DNA of 64,000 bases from Tubulanus polymorphus (GCF_964204645.1 NC_134033.1:5294231-5358230); one strand, 5' to 3'; shown: positions 11,895-28,213, counted from the stretch's first letter. The notes: a model not told the origin generated them from the letters alone. Numbers and translations: made by a program.

Positions 11895-14800
11895 GTAAGT
11901 AAACGCCTCTTTCTTTTTTTTTACTTTTTTGAGTTTGACCACACATCAAATCATATCATCATCAATCAAAAATACTGATTCACTGTTTTCAGAGCGGTCC
12001 AAGGCCGAGTACTTCTTCGTCCTTCTTTTGTAGAAATGTTCAGACAAACATCACTTTTTCTTCTCTTTGATGAAAAAGTCCTTCCAAATTTCGTTATCAT
12101 TTATTTATTTTTCGTGGGCAATTTTGTCACGCAAATTCAACAGTTTGTTCGCGTTGCCGTTGGGAATTATTGAGCTGCGATGTCTTTTTCTTGGTGAAGG
12201 CGTTGCGAAAATGTTATCTTACGGGTCCACATTTTACTGGAAAGTACTTCTTTCTCAGACAAACGATACTTCCTTTTTGCTGAAATTGCCGAAAAAGTAC
12301 CTCTTCTGCAGTGGGTCTTGTGGGATCTTATACGTGACTTCTGTATTACGAAAAGTTTTAAGCGCCCATTTTTTTCTGAACACTGGTCCAATTTTGCCCA
12401 AAATAATTAATTGAAAAATGGCAATTTATTTCTTTAAACAAAGGAATCAACACTTTTCAGAAATTGTTGAATAAGGCAAAAATTGCATTTTAATTCCCTG
12501 TTATGAAAGTAGTAACAATTTGCTCTATTTTCATCTAAAACTATGCATTTTCGCCAATTTGAGGGGTAGCAGGATTGTTTGTTTTGATCTGTATGGCAAG
12601 CATACAAGGGTGAGTCCATTTCGTTGCTCAGAGGGGTGGCAGCAGTGTCGTTAGTAAACAACAAAAGTACGTAAACAAACGATTAATGAATGCCAAGGAG
12701 AATTGTGCACCATGACCTTTCCTGGTAATTTCCAGTTCAGATTCGCATTCATTGTCGTTGATTGAACTTAGTTGGAAATCAGGCAGGCGAGGAAATAGCC
12801 TATGTCAGGTCGGGTGGGTTTGTTCCTAAATAGGTCAGATTGGAAACGTCCCCTGAAAAAAATTGAACCCCAGAATTAAGAGACTCCCATGGCAATTCAC
12901 TAGATATAACAAAGGTCTTAGTAACTTACATACTTAGCCCTTATTCGCGCTGTAAGTTATAAGTAAAATAAAGAATATTTTTTCATAATAGTTTTTGTAA
13001 TAGTTTCGTAATAGTTACATATTTCAGCTTAATTAAATGGCCTATTTTTGAACCAAACACAATAATAAAGCCTTTTTCTTAATAAAGCCAGCATATGGGC
13101 GGACCATTGTCAACAATGATCGATGGCCCGAACCCCCTGCATCCCCCCTATACGCACGTTGGGTTTTTTTTATTGGAAGCCGGAAGACCTAAAGCTACGT
13201 TGGCCTAGCTCAATTTAGTCCGAAAAGCTCGTTGTATGATTCCGACTTTCCCGGAATAGGCTCAAAAACATGATCTACTCTAGGCCTAGCCCTGAATGGG
13301 CTGATAACCATTTCCAAGGATTCAGACTTTTCACGAATATGCTCTAAAACATCTACATCTAGCTCAAAATAGGCTTGCAAACGTTTCTGATGTTTCAAAA
13401 TATTACCTAACAGGGGCGGATCCAGGGACATGCTGTGACCGTGTCGACCAATAAAAAGGGCATATATTCTTAATTTAGGGCGGAAAGGCGTATCAGCAAA
13501 ATTTTTGAAATTTTACTATCATTTTAGAGTTTTCTGGGCATCTCTGAGAGGCATTTAGTCAAGAAACATGGGTTATATATTTAGGAAAAATATCTATTGC
13601 GTATCTCAGGTGGTTACAACGGCAAATTTTGATACAGAGAAAAAATAAAAAGGCACTTTAAAATTCCGACTGTGTCGGGCGACACGGTCTAAATCCGCCC
13701 CCACCTAATAGGCCTCATAAAGACCTAAAATATAGGCTAAGAAGGTTTTTCGATGATTCAGAGATAATCGCAGAACATTAGGCTCACAAAAAGACCTGCA
13801 CCGTAACATATAGGCCTACATATTTTTAGTCCCGAATAGGCCTATAGACTGAAAAGCTTTTTTAATGACTCAAACCTTTCCGGAATAGCCTCGAAGAAAT
13901 GTCCTACATAGGATAGGAATGAGGACAATAGTCTGGAAAAGCTGTTTCGATTAAATTTTGAGTCATCGCTTGATATGGGATTTTAGAATTTCTAATTTTA
14001 GATGAATAATTGATCGGCTTCGACTGGCTGTCGCCACGCCTAATCCATACGAGGCCTAACGAAAGTAGATCATCAACTAATTAGACAAATTAAAATTGTG
14101 GATCAAAATATCGCATGCGTAGGCCGTGTCGTGATATAGGCCTAGATCGAGTCTATTTTCTGAGAAAAAAGAAGTCAAAAATTTTGAACAAGAATTTCGA
14201 ATGAATGGGGGTAGGCTACCCGCGCGGCAACTGTGGCAAACGAGGATTCCACGACGTATGGCAGGTGAGGGTCCTTACCTTCCCCTGTCAGAGATTGCCC
14301 CTATCCAGCGAGACAGCAGCTAATAGTTAAAACTTTGATTTCCGAAAAAAAATGATTTCTAATTTTTTTGAATCTCGAAACATAATCGTACCCTTTTTGA
14401 AAAAAAGTAGCACTTTCGGATAAATGGGCGTGCTAAAAATATCGAAGCCGATCGAATTAAATTACTGGTTCAGGTAGTTCACTCAGCGCCCTTTTTGAAT
14501 ATCCAGTGCCCTAGGCCTATGTTTTTTGCGCAATGTCAACAGTCCCCAGGCACCGTGCTTAAAGTGTGTTTGTCTGTCTAGCGGCTTACACAGCTGTGCT
14601 CCATGTAAACCTATAAAGCAGGTCATCGCAAGTTCATATTCACTATTGATTGAACTTATCAACTAATAATGCACTTGATAAGCGTCACATGAGGCTGATC
14701 TATTTATAATAACAGTGTAATTTATATAACGTAGGTATCCAAACTAGAGTCTGTTCAAATGCGCGCCAAACTATTATTACCCCCATTCTTTAACTATATT

Positions 14801-14984
14801 CATGTATCAGTCATCTTTCCCTGGGTAGAAGTAATATCCGAGCAGCTGCTAGGCACTCTGGAATCATCTATCAGAACAGGACCCATTTACTGCAGGGTGA
14901 AGAGAATTTATGTCGTTCTCGAATAACTTTGAGGGCCTCGTGAATGTAAGGCCAAAACTGCAATTGCTTTTTCACCATATTCAA

Positions 14985-15230
14985 ACCCACAGGACTGCCG
15001 CCCGGGTCGCATTGAACCCGCGCAACTGTGGAACTGGATCCAGAGTCAAACCAAACACGCATTTAACTGTGGAACTTGATCCACAGTTGTATTGAACCCA
15101 CACAACTGTGGAACTGGATCCAGAATCAAATCAAACCCGCACAACTGTGGAACTTGATCCAAGCGCGCATTGAACCCGCGCAACTGCGGAACTGGATCCA
15201 CAGTTGTATTGAACCCACACAACTTGAACT
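14985..15230 (+). repeat. ~33-bp tandem repeat (ACCCGCACAACTGTGGAACTGGATCCA); inverted copy at ~22850-23040
   Basis: Repeated CAACTGTGGAACT(G/T)GATCC units. Confidence 0.75.
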
Positions 15231-17467
15231 GTGTCTAGGACGCCCATTCAAACTAGCATTTTTAAGGGAAGTACTTTAATCGATCTGCTGATGTGATAAG
15301 TGGAATCTGAGGCGTCTATGATATATGAACTACTACGGTGTGCGGGGGGGGGGGGGGGGCGGGCAGGCGTAGAAACAATAGACGCCACAGCTGTAAAACT
15401 AGATTAACCAGGACTCAATTCAAATTCCTTATTTCCGTATTTTCATATAGATCTGATGCATGCGCTTGTATCTTTATAGAGTCTGTTATTGATCTCATCG
15501 ATATCACACGCAAGTGTGTACAATATGTGACTGAGTACAGTGTGTGTGTGTGCTTACGAAATAAAACTTCTTAGAAATCGTTTTTTGAATATATCTCTCT
15601 AGGAGAGAGATGTCGCCCGTACACTTGGTCAACGCCCTTCGTCTATATAAGTAACCAGGTCTTTTAGATAACCTGTCAATAGTTAATGCGTCGAGCTATA
15701 TTCGATACAAGGCAAAGCTCCATAAAATATTATCAGTGGGAAAATGGAAAATCCTCGCGCTAGGCCCTAACCGAATTTCGTATTTAAACCATTTGATAGA
15801 AAGGATTGCGTCATTACCTCAACCCGTTCTAAACGCTTGTCCTCTCACCCGGCACAAGTATGTTCACTCGCGGGCAAGTTGGTTAGTCGTTTTCACTTGT
15901 CCGCCAGGCTCTAGCATATTTTGATGGCCGCCAGTTGGACTGCCTATGTACACGACAAGTACATTTTTGATTTCACCGAGTTGACAATCGGGGAACTAGG
16001 TAGTGTTGAAAATTCTTGCTTTTTCTCCGAATACATATTTCGACGAAAATTCTGCTTCACTCGACTTAAAACGAGTTAACCGGTACTACCGGAGAATAGA
16101 GCGATCTATCTGTATATCAGAAGAGAAATTTTAAAAAGAACTCTCTTAGACGTTGGTGCCTGACTCTTTCTCTCATTAGTTTGCGGTTTTCGAAGTAACA
16201 ATTCAATCCTGAAATTTGCTGCGCAGCGAGTTCATCACATTCAGTTTTACGACCCTATTTGGTTGTGCGGCCTTGTTTTGGATTAGAGCGGCTTCTCTCC
16301 GGGTTTCGGCATCACCCCGATACACGATACACACGCCTGGTGTATATAATCGTGTAATTTGTCAAAATGTCGCAACAAACAGATTTTTCTTTGAATCGCC
16401 CGGCTCGAGTTCGCGGAAATTCGAAAAGGCCATCAGCAGACGTCGTGTCAGCGAGCGAAAACAAACCAATCATCACGAGCGAAGATCAACGGTTTAACCG
16501 GAGTAATTGTCACCGGCAGATGACGACCGTGATCGGCTGCTGCGTGCGTGTGTATATTACTACTACACGCGCAGCAGTTCAATCTGAGCGCTGAAAATAG
16601 AATCGTCGATATGCGCGACAACCCGAAACAGAAGATAGCAAGATCCCTGCGCTCTGTCGCGAAATAGGTTTTCATCTTTGCCGCTGGTGGTTTAAGTGAT
16701 CTTTAAACGTTTTACCTTTCAGTAAGCCTTTTTCTACAGCCAGCTTTGAGACCATATTATAACCAGTCTAAGCTCATTTTGGTTCTGTAACCAATCTAAC
16801 AGCTTAAGACCAGTCTAAGCTCATTTTGGTTCTGTAACCAATCTGACGAGTTAAGATCAGTCTCAGTTCATTTTAATTTCTATAGTCAATCTAACAACTT
16901 AAGACCAGTCTAAGCTCGTTTTTGTTCTATAACCAATCCTACAACTTAGGCTAAGACTTTGTCTAAAGTAGTCCAGTCTTAGACCATGTTTGGTCCTTCA
17001 TTATTGCTAGGACTGCACAACTAAGTGATGGGCTCAGTTATATTGTTTAGTCCGAACATGTCTTAAGACTAGTCTTAAGAATGGCTATCGAACTAAGATG
17101 GTTTTAGACTGATCTTAAAATCTGAGCGTTGACTACATATAGCTAAGCCTAGGTGTTAAAGTTATCACCGCGTGTCCTTAATGCCGCCCTACTCTAAAAG
17201 ACTTTGCCTCGCACCAGTGTATCTGGTGAGCGATATTCGAGTTGATATATCGTGTGAGTGCGGCTTAGAGAGCCAGGCTCGGATGAAGAAAAATATTCCC
17301 GGAAAATTCAGCAGCTTCCGCACGCTGATAGGCGCCAAAGATGTTTACTGAGAAATCCACTGCGGCATCTGCGTTCAGTTGAGAGTTCTCGCGTATGAAG
17401 TGCTCAGGCGGGATGTTGATCTTTATTTATGATCGGTTCAACTATTTTGAGTATTTATAGATTTATC

Positions 17468-17700
17468 ATCTCTCTGTCCTCCCTCCCTCTCTCCCACCTC
17501 TCTCTCCCCTCTCCTCCCCTTCTCTCTCGTTCCCCTTCCATCTCCCCTCTCCTCCCCTTCTCTCTCGCTCCCCTTCCCCTCCCTCCCTCTCCCCTTTTCC
17601 CCTTCTCGCTCTCCCTCCCTATCCTCCCTTCTCGCTCTCCCTCCCCTCCCACTCTCTTTCTCCTCTCTCCCCCTCTACCTCTCCCCCTCCCCCTCTCTCA
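17468..17700. repeat. Polypyrimidine (CT-rich) tract
   Basis: Almost only C and T. Confidence 0.95.
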
Positions 17701-18603
17701 AACTCACACGACCGCGAGCCGGGATAGAAATAGATGGATAAAGGACCTTGAAGTTCATTCTTTATCATCAAAAAAAGTCCTGCGTTCAGCAGATCTAAAG
17801 ATGAGTTTCTTTGAACGGCGTGCATCTAGTTGTTCTGATCTCTGTGAATGCGGCGTTTTACAGGATTCCTACGATTCCCTGTGCGCTAAAAAAACACTCG
17901 TCTATATTGAAATCACTGTTAAAGGAGTTTCGTACTCCTTTAATCTGAGTAAAATACACAAAACTCCTTCAATTTTGATGAACAGCCAATTAACAGATAT
18001 TCGTTTGGTTTGTAGTTATACAGAGGCCTAGATTACGGAATAGGTTAAGAATTAGCTTATTAAGCCATGGTTCATGAGATGAAGCAGTACCGATTTAGTA
18101 GTTCTTTTTTAGCAGTACTTTGTATATACAAGTGATGATGCATTTATTAGTATTGTGCAGACGTTACCTTGAAACCCCCTTATATTTAGGAATGACCTTG
18201 TTTTTGTTCGGTTGAAATCTGTATTTTGCCTTGGTCAAAATAAACCCTAGGGGTCATTCATTTATTGCCTACGCATCAGGGGAGGGGGAAGGGTCAGTGC
18301 AATTGTGTACTGTAATGCTTTATGTATAGGCCTATGAAAAAATGGCTGATTTTGCAGAGGGGGATTGAAAAATTTTATGCGTACGTAATAAATGAATGAC
18401 CCCTAGATACATTTATCAGTGGTTGGCCGTATTTGGTAGAGTTCTCCCTGAAAAGTTCTCACAGGGTCCCTACAACTCCTTGATTCCTTAAGAACTTGTT
18501 CTGAATGGAAAGTGATTTTAAAGGGTGCTCGAAACTCCTTCACTTAGAGCGAAATGTCCGAAAATCCTTTAAAATTCAATTATGAGAAAAAGACATTAAT
18601 TAA

Positions 18604-18878
18604 CCCTTTCAGTGCTGACTAGTTAATACCCTGTAGCGATAGAGATATTTTGAAAAATTCTATCCCAGTATGTTGAATAACGGGAATACCGCTATAGTGT
18701 GTCTCACCTCGGTGCGGTGTATCGTTAGTTACTAATCTAACTATGTTTGACGGGTGCTGCCATGTTTAATAGAGTTAAAAACTAATTACCGATTACGTTA
18801 ATACACCGCAGTGCGGTGTACTAGCAAAATTCATCACCAATTTATACACTGCACTGCGGTGTTGACTCACTGAAAGGG
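18604..18878. mobile_element. piggyBac-type MITE (opposite orientation to 1824-2111)
   Basis: TTAA|CCCTTTCAGTG ... CACTGAAAGGG|TTAT; internal homology to the 1824 copy. Confidence 0.85.
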
Positions 18879-19213
18879 TTATGTAATTTACAGTAAACTA
18901 CACCTGAATCGTACAGTTTCAACCCGGATTTGTTTGTATCCATGTGAAGCATTTGCCAAATCAGAAAGCGAATACGCTATAGGCCTAGTTAATGTAAAGC
19001 ATAGATTATACAAAACCACCAAATTAGCGTCTAACTGAGATAGACAGTAGTGACCATTTCCTCCCCCTCTCCCTCCCTCCCTCCTTACGGTATTGGGACG
19101 AAAGTGAATGCAGATACTTCCTTGGAATTGGAAATTTTTCCAATCCTGGTATCCTAGGAATGACCGATCTGTAGGGACAAATCCAACGCGAGTGTTTCTT
19201 CCGTTTATCGTGA

Positions 19214-19360
<147 letters not shown>

Positions 19361-19900
19361 TAACGCACGGAGGATATTCGGAGAAATTTGAAATGACGAA
19401 ATCTTGGACTCAGTTTTCGGATAGAATCCATTGAAACAGTGAACTTTTTATCTAATTTTCACGTTCAACTGTCCACTGTTTAACGCTAACCAACTTTAGA
19501 TCAACTTCAGTCCCCGCTGACTTTGAAATCTGAAAAAAAACTCTAGAAATCGGCATTGATTTAGATAAAATCCGGCAAAGTTTTTTTTACGAATTTGATC
19601 GTATGGTATCGTTACAACAGTCCAGAATAGCCTGGACCACTGAGCTGGAAAGCCCGGAAAAATCGAAGAATAAAAAAAAATCTGGAAATATCAGGGAAAT
19701 TGACATATTTTGTACGCACTAAAATCTGGGAATTCGGATAGTGCTATTGACCATGCGTTCCTTTAGTATGTGATTCGATGAATGATGAATGAATTGTTAA
19801 GTTTTACACCTAGACATTTCTCGCGTGATCGCGTGGACAAATCAGGGAAAACTCAGGCAATTCGTAAATGGGCGGAGGAGTGGTTAGTCGAAGAAAATGA

Positions 19901-20056
<156 letters not shown>

Positions 20057-20567
20057 TAGCACGGCTGCCTACTGTAGATCCCCCTATGACATCATCAATT
20101 TTGATCTTGAATCCCCCTGGAGGCAGCCGCATTTCCATGATACTTACATTTGTACGGCGAGGAATTGGCTTGTCCTATATATGTGTAACACGGGGTTGAC
20201 GGATCAAAATTGATGATGTCATATGGGAATTTACGGAATTAGCCGTATTTCTATGCTCTCATGACATCATCGAATTTGATAGTTTGAGTACTTTAGATAA
20301 ACGGCGGCCTCCTGTAGATCCCCCTATGACATCATCAATTTTGATCAATCGACCCTGTTCGAGTATTATGGAAATATTGCTGCCTCCATTATTCCCCCTA
20401 TGACATCATCAAATAACATTGGTATTTTGACCTATGTTCCTGCCTATAAATCCAGCATGACGTCATCAAGCACCAAACAGATGAACTTAAACAGCCTTCC
20501 ACCAAATAAGGTTGCCCGATATCCCCCACTATGACATCACTGTTTCAACTTGATGCAATATTTCTAG

Positions 20568-20663
<96 letters not shown>

Positions 20664-20681
20664 TAAATCGGGGGCAAACAG

Positions 20682-21256
20682 GTAAATATTTCACCGAGTT
20701 GACAATCAGATGACTCGGTAGCGTTGAGACTGCTGTAAATATTTCACCGAGTTGACAATCAGGGAACTCGGTAGCGTTGAGACTGCTGTAAATATTTCAC
20801 CGAGTTGACAATCAGGGAACTCGGTAGCGTTGAGACTGCTGTAAATATTTCACCGAGTTGACAATCAGGGAACTCGATAGCGTTGAGACTGCTGTAAATA
20901 TTTCACCGAGTTGACAATCAGGGAACTCGGTAGCGTTTGAGACTGCTGTAAATATTTCACCGAGTTGACAATCAGGGAACTCGGTAGCGTTGAGACTGCT
21001 GTAAATATTTCACCGAGTTGACAATCAGGGAACTCGATAGCGTTGAGACTGCTGTAAATATTTCACCGAGTTGACAATCAGATGACTCGGTAGCGTTGAG
21101 ACTGCTGTAAATATTTCACCGAGTTGACAATCAGGGAATTCGGTAGCGTTGAGACTGCTGTAAATATTTCACCGAGTTGACAATCAGGGAACTCGATAGC
21201 GTTGAGACTGCGTTAAATGTTTCACCGAGTTGACAATCAGGGAACTCAGTAGCGTT
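20682..21256 (-). repeat. 53-bp tandem minisatellite, ~11 units, reverse complement of 8473-8915
   Basis: GTAAATATTTCACCGAGTTGACAATCAGGGAACTCGGTAGCGTTGAGACTGCT units fill most of AMMECR1 intron 4. Confidence 0.95.
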
Positions 21257-21340
21257 GGGAATTATTTTCCAATCCTTTGTCTACCTCGGACTGATTTTTT
21301 CGTGGCGCCACCCCATGTCGCATACATTGCCCGACAGTGA

Positions 21341-21610
<270 letters not shown>

Positions 21611-21778
21611 TATTACGTTACATCTAGTACAGTCGTCGCCACCAACACCACGCGTTAGGTCGATAATAAAATCAACGACATCGCCGATTCATCGTATTTC
21701 GGGGGCGTTCCGACGTGGCGCGTACCACGTCGGGACGATCGGATCCGTAGTCTCGTGCGTCGAAATTCGATTTGTTTT

Positions 21779-22035
21779 CCCCTTTTCGGCGCCGACTAAT
21801 TTATATCCGAAAGCGCTGGAGACAATTTGAAAACATTTCTAAACGTTTCGCGGTGCGGTGTATCCTTAGTTGCTAATATTTCACTATCTTTGAAATATGC
21901 TGCCATCTCTCAGTAGAAAGGCCTATACATGTAAAAACTAATTATTTATTACATCAATACACTGCAATGCGGTGTTCTAGCAGAGTCCGTCACTGATTTT
22001 TACACCGCACTGCGGTGTAGGAAATGCTGGAAGGG
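21779..22035. mobile_element. Diverged piggyBac-type MITE just downstream of the AMMECR1 stop
   Basis: Homology to 18604-18878; ends GAAGGG|TTAA. Confidence 0.65.
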
Positions 22036-22578
22036 TTAAGCATGTCGATACACCGCACTGTGCGAAGACAATATAGTGGTCATACACCGTACCGGGGTGG
22101 AATTTTCCCAAAATATCCAAATCATCTCCGGCGCTTAAGCGTCCAAATCGGTCGGTTCCGAGAAGAGTAAACAGTCGTTTATTCAATGACTCGATTTCAA
22201 AGTCGATCAAGTATGCGCGCGACTACGAAGTCGACTCCCCGATCATCAAAATCATCTGCTAAGTTTACACTCAACGTAGCACTTTGAAAAATGATTGGCC
22301 TAATGAATTTTAGCGTTAAAACAACGAAAACAGCAAAAGCAAATTTGCGCGCACTGTTTCGATCGTGAAAAGTGTGTGTGACCTGTCGATTTCTATTGAA
22401 ACGATGCATTGTAGTATGATAACCAAATTCCGACGTGAGCGACAGTGTCTGAAAGTATATTGAACCCCTTCCCCTTATTTCGAAAAAATTCAGTTTTACG
22501 TTTTATGGAGTTATTGGATAATGATGTCCGCTACGTTTATTGTGAACTTGGTTCTTCGACCATCGTCGTCGTCATCGA

Positions 22579-22697
<119 letters not shown>

Positions 22698-24099
22698 GTG
22701 AGCTGTGATTGGCCGAGTCGGTATGCTCTGTTCTACGATTGGCCGCTCACTTAGTACGTTAGGCTTTCGTTATGTGTATGTACTTACTTTGATCTCCTTG
22801 AATTAGTGAAACGAAAACTGTTTTGACTTGGATTCATTTCTACCGTTGCCGGGGTTTGAATTTACTCTAAAATCAGTTCCACAGTCGCGGGGGTATTATT
22901 CGAGTCTCGACCCAGTTCTACAGTTGTGTGGGTTTAATTCATCTCTGGATCCAGTTCCACAGTTGTGTGGGTTTAATTTCACTCTGGACATGGTTCCACA
23001 GTTCGTGTACGTTTAATTCCACTGTGGATCCAGTTCGACAGTTTTGTTGTTTACAATTTGACTCGAGCCGATCACAGCGCAAACGAACATATCAAAACAC
23101 CATCATTTTCATCCACGCTATAGACCCATCTGGAAAAAATGGCCGCCTTCGTAAGCACAACTACGACATCGTCAAATTTCATTCAACCGCAATTCAAAAT
23201 AGAAAGCCAAATGTTGATGTTGCGGTGTGTAATAGTTAGATGATGTCATAGGGGGATTTCATGCAGGCAGACATTATGTTCTCGAGAAGTTTTTATATAG
23301 CGATATACAATTAGGGTTTGAATCGAGAATGAATTTCAATATTTTTCTTTTTGTGTCGTTTTTAATGGATGCTTCGATGACTGTTGTCGTGCGATCTTAC
23401 GAAACAAACAATCGAGTTTTCGCGCTAGTCGTTAATTCGTCCTGCCGGGGATTGGGGCGCGAGCACAAAATCCTTAATTTCAAATGAACGCCGAATTTAA
23501 CCGACTTAAAAATGAATTATTTCAATCAATAATTATCCCTCGTATGCGTGTACGTATGTTTTTTTTTTTAACCAGAGATTTTTTAACCGGATTAGACAGC
23601 GAATTTGAAAAAAAAAGGTGAATACTAGCACCCTATCCTCACTTGCGTAGGCACGGTTATGAACCATAAATCATAACCTAATTGCCAATAATTGAATCGA
23701 CTGTAAAGAATAATTTGCACGGTCGTAGATTTTAGTTGCGTTGTAGAAGATCAGAATCTCCCTTTTAGAGTGCGTTTCATTATCGGTACGTCAATGTTTA
23801 GGGTCGTTTCTTACTAAAAAAAAAAAAACGGAATATCGAAAACCATCTATGCACTGTTAATAATTTCTACTGGGACAAGTGTTTCACCGATTTGATCAGT
23901 ACCGAGTAGGAAGCAGTTTGCTGTTGACAGAATTATTCTACCTAGACAAGTTAGTTACTGTCTTGATCGGTACCGTGTAGGACGCAGATTACTGTAAACA
24001 GAATATTTCTAACCAGACAGATTAATTGCTGTCTTGATCGGTACCTAGTATGAAGCAGTTTACTGTAAACAGATTATATCTACCTAGACAAGTAATTTA

Positions 24100-24552
24100 G
24101 TCCTTTCAGGGCAGTATTAATTGATGAGCTCTGCTTGTCGGTACGTGGCATCGGGTGTACACCACAGTGCAGTGTATGAATTGATAAGCTCTGCTTGTCA
24201 GTACATCGTATCGGGTGTTCGCCACAGTGCGGTGTATAAAATTGATGAGCTCCGCTTTTCGGTACATCACATCGGGTGTTCACCGCAGTGCGGTGTATAA
24301 AATTGATGAGCTCGGCTTGTCGGTACGTCGCATCGGGTGTATTGATATAGTTAGTTATTGTATTGTATGTCTCTAAAAAAAATATGGCAGCACATGTCAA
24401 ACACTGTGAACTATAAGTAACTAACGATACACGGCACCACGGTGTAAACGCTTTTCAGTGGTATGGCCGTTTTACCGTATCCTTGGGTGGAATTTTTTAA
24501 AAGAATCAAATTATCCTTAGCATAGAGTAATAACAAGTCGGCAATGGAAGGG
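24100..24552. mobile_element. piggyBac-type MITE variant with internal ~60-bp tandem expansion
   Basis: Right half homologous to 1900-2111; four ATTGATGAGCTC...CATCGGGTG units. Confidence 0.65.
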
Positions 24553-27500
24553 TTATTATCGTTTTCAGTAGCCAGTAGTTCACTGTAGGCTATGGTCCAA
24601 TTTTGTTTAAAACGATCTCTAGTATTGTTTTATTAGATTTTAATACGAGAACGTACGGAGTTTTTAATTAACGAAATATTACGCTACGTAATTAGCACAC
24701 GAACATTAACGAAGCACTTGCATAAAGATATATATATATAAACATATTAATATTGATATTACTACGGGTGTTGAAAGACTATAGCCGCGATCACACGAGC
24801 ATTTTTGGCCCGGGCCAAATCTTCTCCGTGTGATCGCGGCTTATGTGTCGTATGTTTGTTAACATTATCATTTACACTAATTAAAAAAGCGATATATCTA
24901 TTCAAACAAAGTATATTGATTAGCGATTCGATATTTCGGAGGTGAGATTGATGGTGCATTCGAAATTCTAACATTCTGAGGTGAAGGAAAAGAACGAAAT
25001 TTATGGAATTTTTTTTTTTTTTCGCGAAAAAAAACGAGTTCTCCCGAATAAGCATCACCAGCCTGTAAGCGGTACATTTTTGTCCACCTCTTTCTTCATT
25101 TAGACGCGTTTTTTTTTTTTAAACTTATAGTCGAAACAGATCCCTATGCCTTTGGTCGTATAATGAGAATATATAATGATCATAATATTTTGAGAACGTA
25201 AATCGAGTTCCACTGGTTCTAATGGGCGGATTTAGGGGGTTGTCTCTGGGGTGCTGGGAACCATGTCTTTTCTAGCGACAGCTGGTGGATCCTCACTTGC
25301 CGCAAGTAAAATTGTCTATTGCCGCAGTAGTTGATGTCCTACTGCACTCTAGGGACACCTGGTTGATCCTCACTTGCCACAAGTGGAATCCTCTATCGCC
25401 GGAGTAGTTGATGTCCTACTGCACACTAGCGACACCTGGTTGATCCTCACTTGCCACAAGCGGAATCCTGTATTGCCTGCCTTTCATTAAGGTTGCCCTT
25501 TTCGTCCAGGCGGAGATCTTTTTGCGGTTAATTTCTTTAAAAGAATATCAAATACTGATGGCAGGGATTAACTGCAGGCTATCGACGTGGTTGCTTTACC
25601 AGAGATACGCCTTTTCTTCTGGAACCCGGCCTTCCGATTTTTCCTAGATCCACCTCTGAATCATCGTTCGTTTTGTTTGTCACCTTTTATTCTGTCTAAT
25701 CAAAATTTCGGTAATAATTATCTGTGTCTAACCTCCTACGAATATATATATATAAATATATATATATATTTATATATATGTATGCTTGTACGAAAAATAG
25801 TTATAAAATAAGTTAAGTTTTTTCTTCCGTTTTTGAGATGTATGTGAACTGTGTTTTTACGGATATCCGTGTATTTTTAAGTTTATACGTGTACAAGCTC
25901 GTATCACCGTCGAGATCAGAAAAACAGCTTTGTGAAATTTGTCGATTATCATCTTACCGCGACCAAGAAAATGTTGTGCCATCTGGTCAACCTAAACTAA
26001 AAGTTCAACGTCACAAAGAAGTAGAAATTTATATTTTGGCTTTTCAAATTGGTCATCAGAATTCGGAATTAGATCAGATTTCACTGAATTTTTAGGAATT
26101 GTTAAAAATGGACTCTGAAGCAAGACAAATTTTTTTTTGGGACTTGAACTGTGTGCGTTTTAGTTTACTCGGTCAACTATAATGTCGCGGTAAATTGAAA
26201 CCAAGTTGCACGACCTAAATTCCAAAGTGGTCTTAAAGGTTGAAACCGGTCTTAAGTTGTTAGATCGACTTCAGACTTAAGATGGTCTCGTATCTAAGCC
26301 ATATCCATATAACTGGGCAACTTTGACCGTCGTCTGTCGAGACTGACCACCACCCGGATGAACTTCAGTTCTCGTAATTAGTCGACAGGTGGTCGGGACT
26401 AATGACCGAGCGCGCAATAGGTCGGTCGAAACGCATTTCCAAGCATCGGACATCTTGGAATTTGGGCCGAACTACAGAGACCAGGTTCAATAGCATGGTT
26501 CGCTATATCCGGACTCTATTCCGAAAAACTGTCCTGCAGTTTAGCTTATCTCGTGACTCGTCGACGCGATTACCGAAGCTCGCCGAGGTCGGCAACTCGA
26601 CGGTGATATCGACAGGGTCTCTAACAACTCCTTGATTCGAATTCATTGAAAACTCCTTCTAGGGCTTAAACCAAAAATGTAATATCAAGGTGCTCGAATG
26701 TCCTTGAATTTAATCAAATTGTCCAACAAAAGTCTTGAAAACTCCTTGAATTTTGAGATATTGGCCCAATTACAAAATAGATTATGCAATATTGAGATTT
26801 GGCTATTACAAAATGTTCAGGTCTTGGGCCTACCAGCAGTTATTAAACGTATTGATTCCTCTGAATTAAATGGTTTACCGAGAGGTGTCTATGAAACTTA
26901 CGCATACACTCCTCGAAATTTGAAATTTTCCGATTGAAAACTGCTTGAAAAAGCACCTTGAATTCCGTAATCACCGATCTTTAGGGACCCTGATTGAGAT
27001 TTATTGTACACACGCGTAGATGTCATTTTTAACATGTATGTTTATACGTATGATACGATATTTGAAATATTTTGGGGCCAACATCCATCCTATGATAACG
27101 TGTGTGTGCGCGCGCGGTGCTAAAATTAAACTATGTCGTCGTAGCGATGTTACATCGACCGGGAGAAGTCAGAAGGCGTTTTCGTGAGATGATTTGATTT
27201 CGCGCCGTCGATGAAGTACGTGCAGGGCCGCGTTGGGGACGGCAGATAAAACCCGAAAAGGGGCAATTACCTAAAATCAAAAATTGATGTACCGATTCTT
27301 TTTTATGCCCTAACAAAAACTCTGTTAGGCCTATAACAAAATGCTCGGTGAATTTCTATTGGATATGATTGTTATATTCGAAAAACAGAGCGTTTTTCCC
27401 GCGGTTGGGGGCTGGTCCAAATTTGCCCGTGGCAAACTTATTATCGCGGCAAATCAAGTCGTCTCGCGAAAGCGCCTCGCATGTTCCGACGTATGACTGC

Positions 27501-28213
27501 AGCAAAACCCGAGCATCCATCTGTATGACTTGAGTGATTGAGTACCGAACAACGAACTTACGATCATATCATAGTCGTCCATTATTCGTCGTACGCCTGC
27601 CTGACGGCCGTCTTTGATAAATCGCGCGTCATCATCGCCACCGACATTGATCATCGTTTCATACGCCGAAAAAAAAACACATCTCTCATCGCAATCGTTT
27701 TCGAAAGCGTCGACTGTACTAGATGACGGTTTTTAAATCTAGAATTATTATACCATTTCTCCGCGAGACGTGTACCACACACGTGCGCCCTCTAGTGGCC
27801 GTGTCCGAACCTTGGTAGTGCCGGGATGGACGCCGTTTTCTTATTCGAATTGTAAAACCCGATTTATAACACACGAAAGTCATCCGTCAACATCGTATCT
27901 CGGTTATTGAGGAATATTTTCAGTTTTAGGGCGCTGCGACATCCTTGAGCGCGTTTTTTCCGAGATCGAACGAGAAATTCGGGTCGGATTTGGAACTGTT
28001 TTTCCGAGGAGGCGCCGGATCCGGTTTGATCCGGATACCGGATGTCGATCTAGCCGGGATATTATTTCTAATCGTTTTATCGTCGTCGTTAGTTCGGGTC
28101 GAGGTCGGCGGTTTACGACGCGGGCTGACAGTTCAAAATCCTCGAATCTAATCAATGTTTCATGAACGAATTCGCGCGCGGTCAAACTGGCTTGATCGCG
28201 ATATAGTCGATTA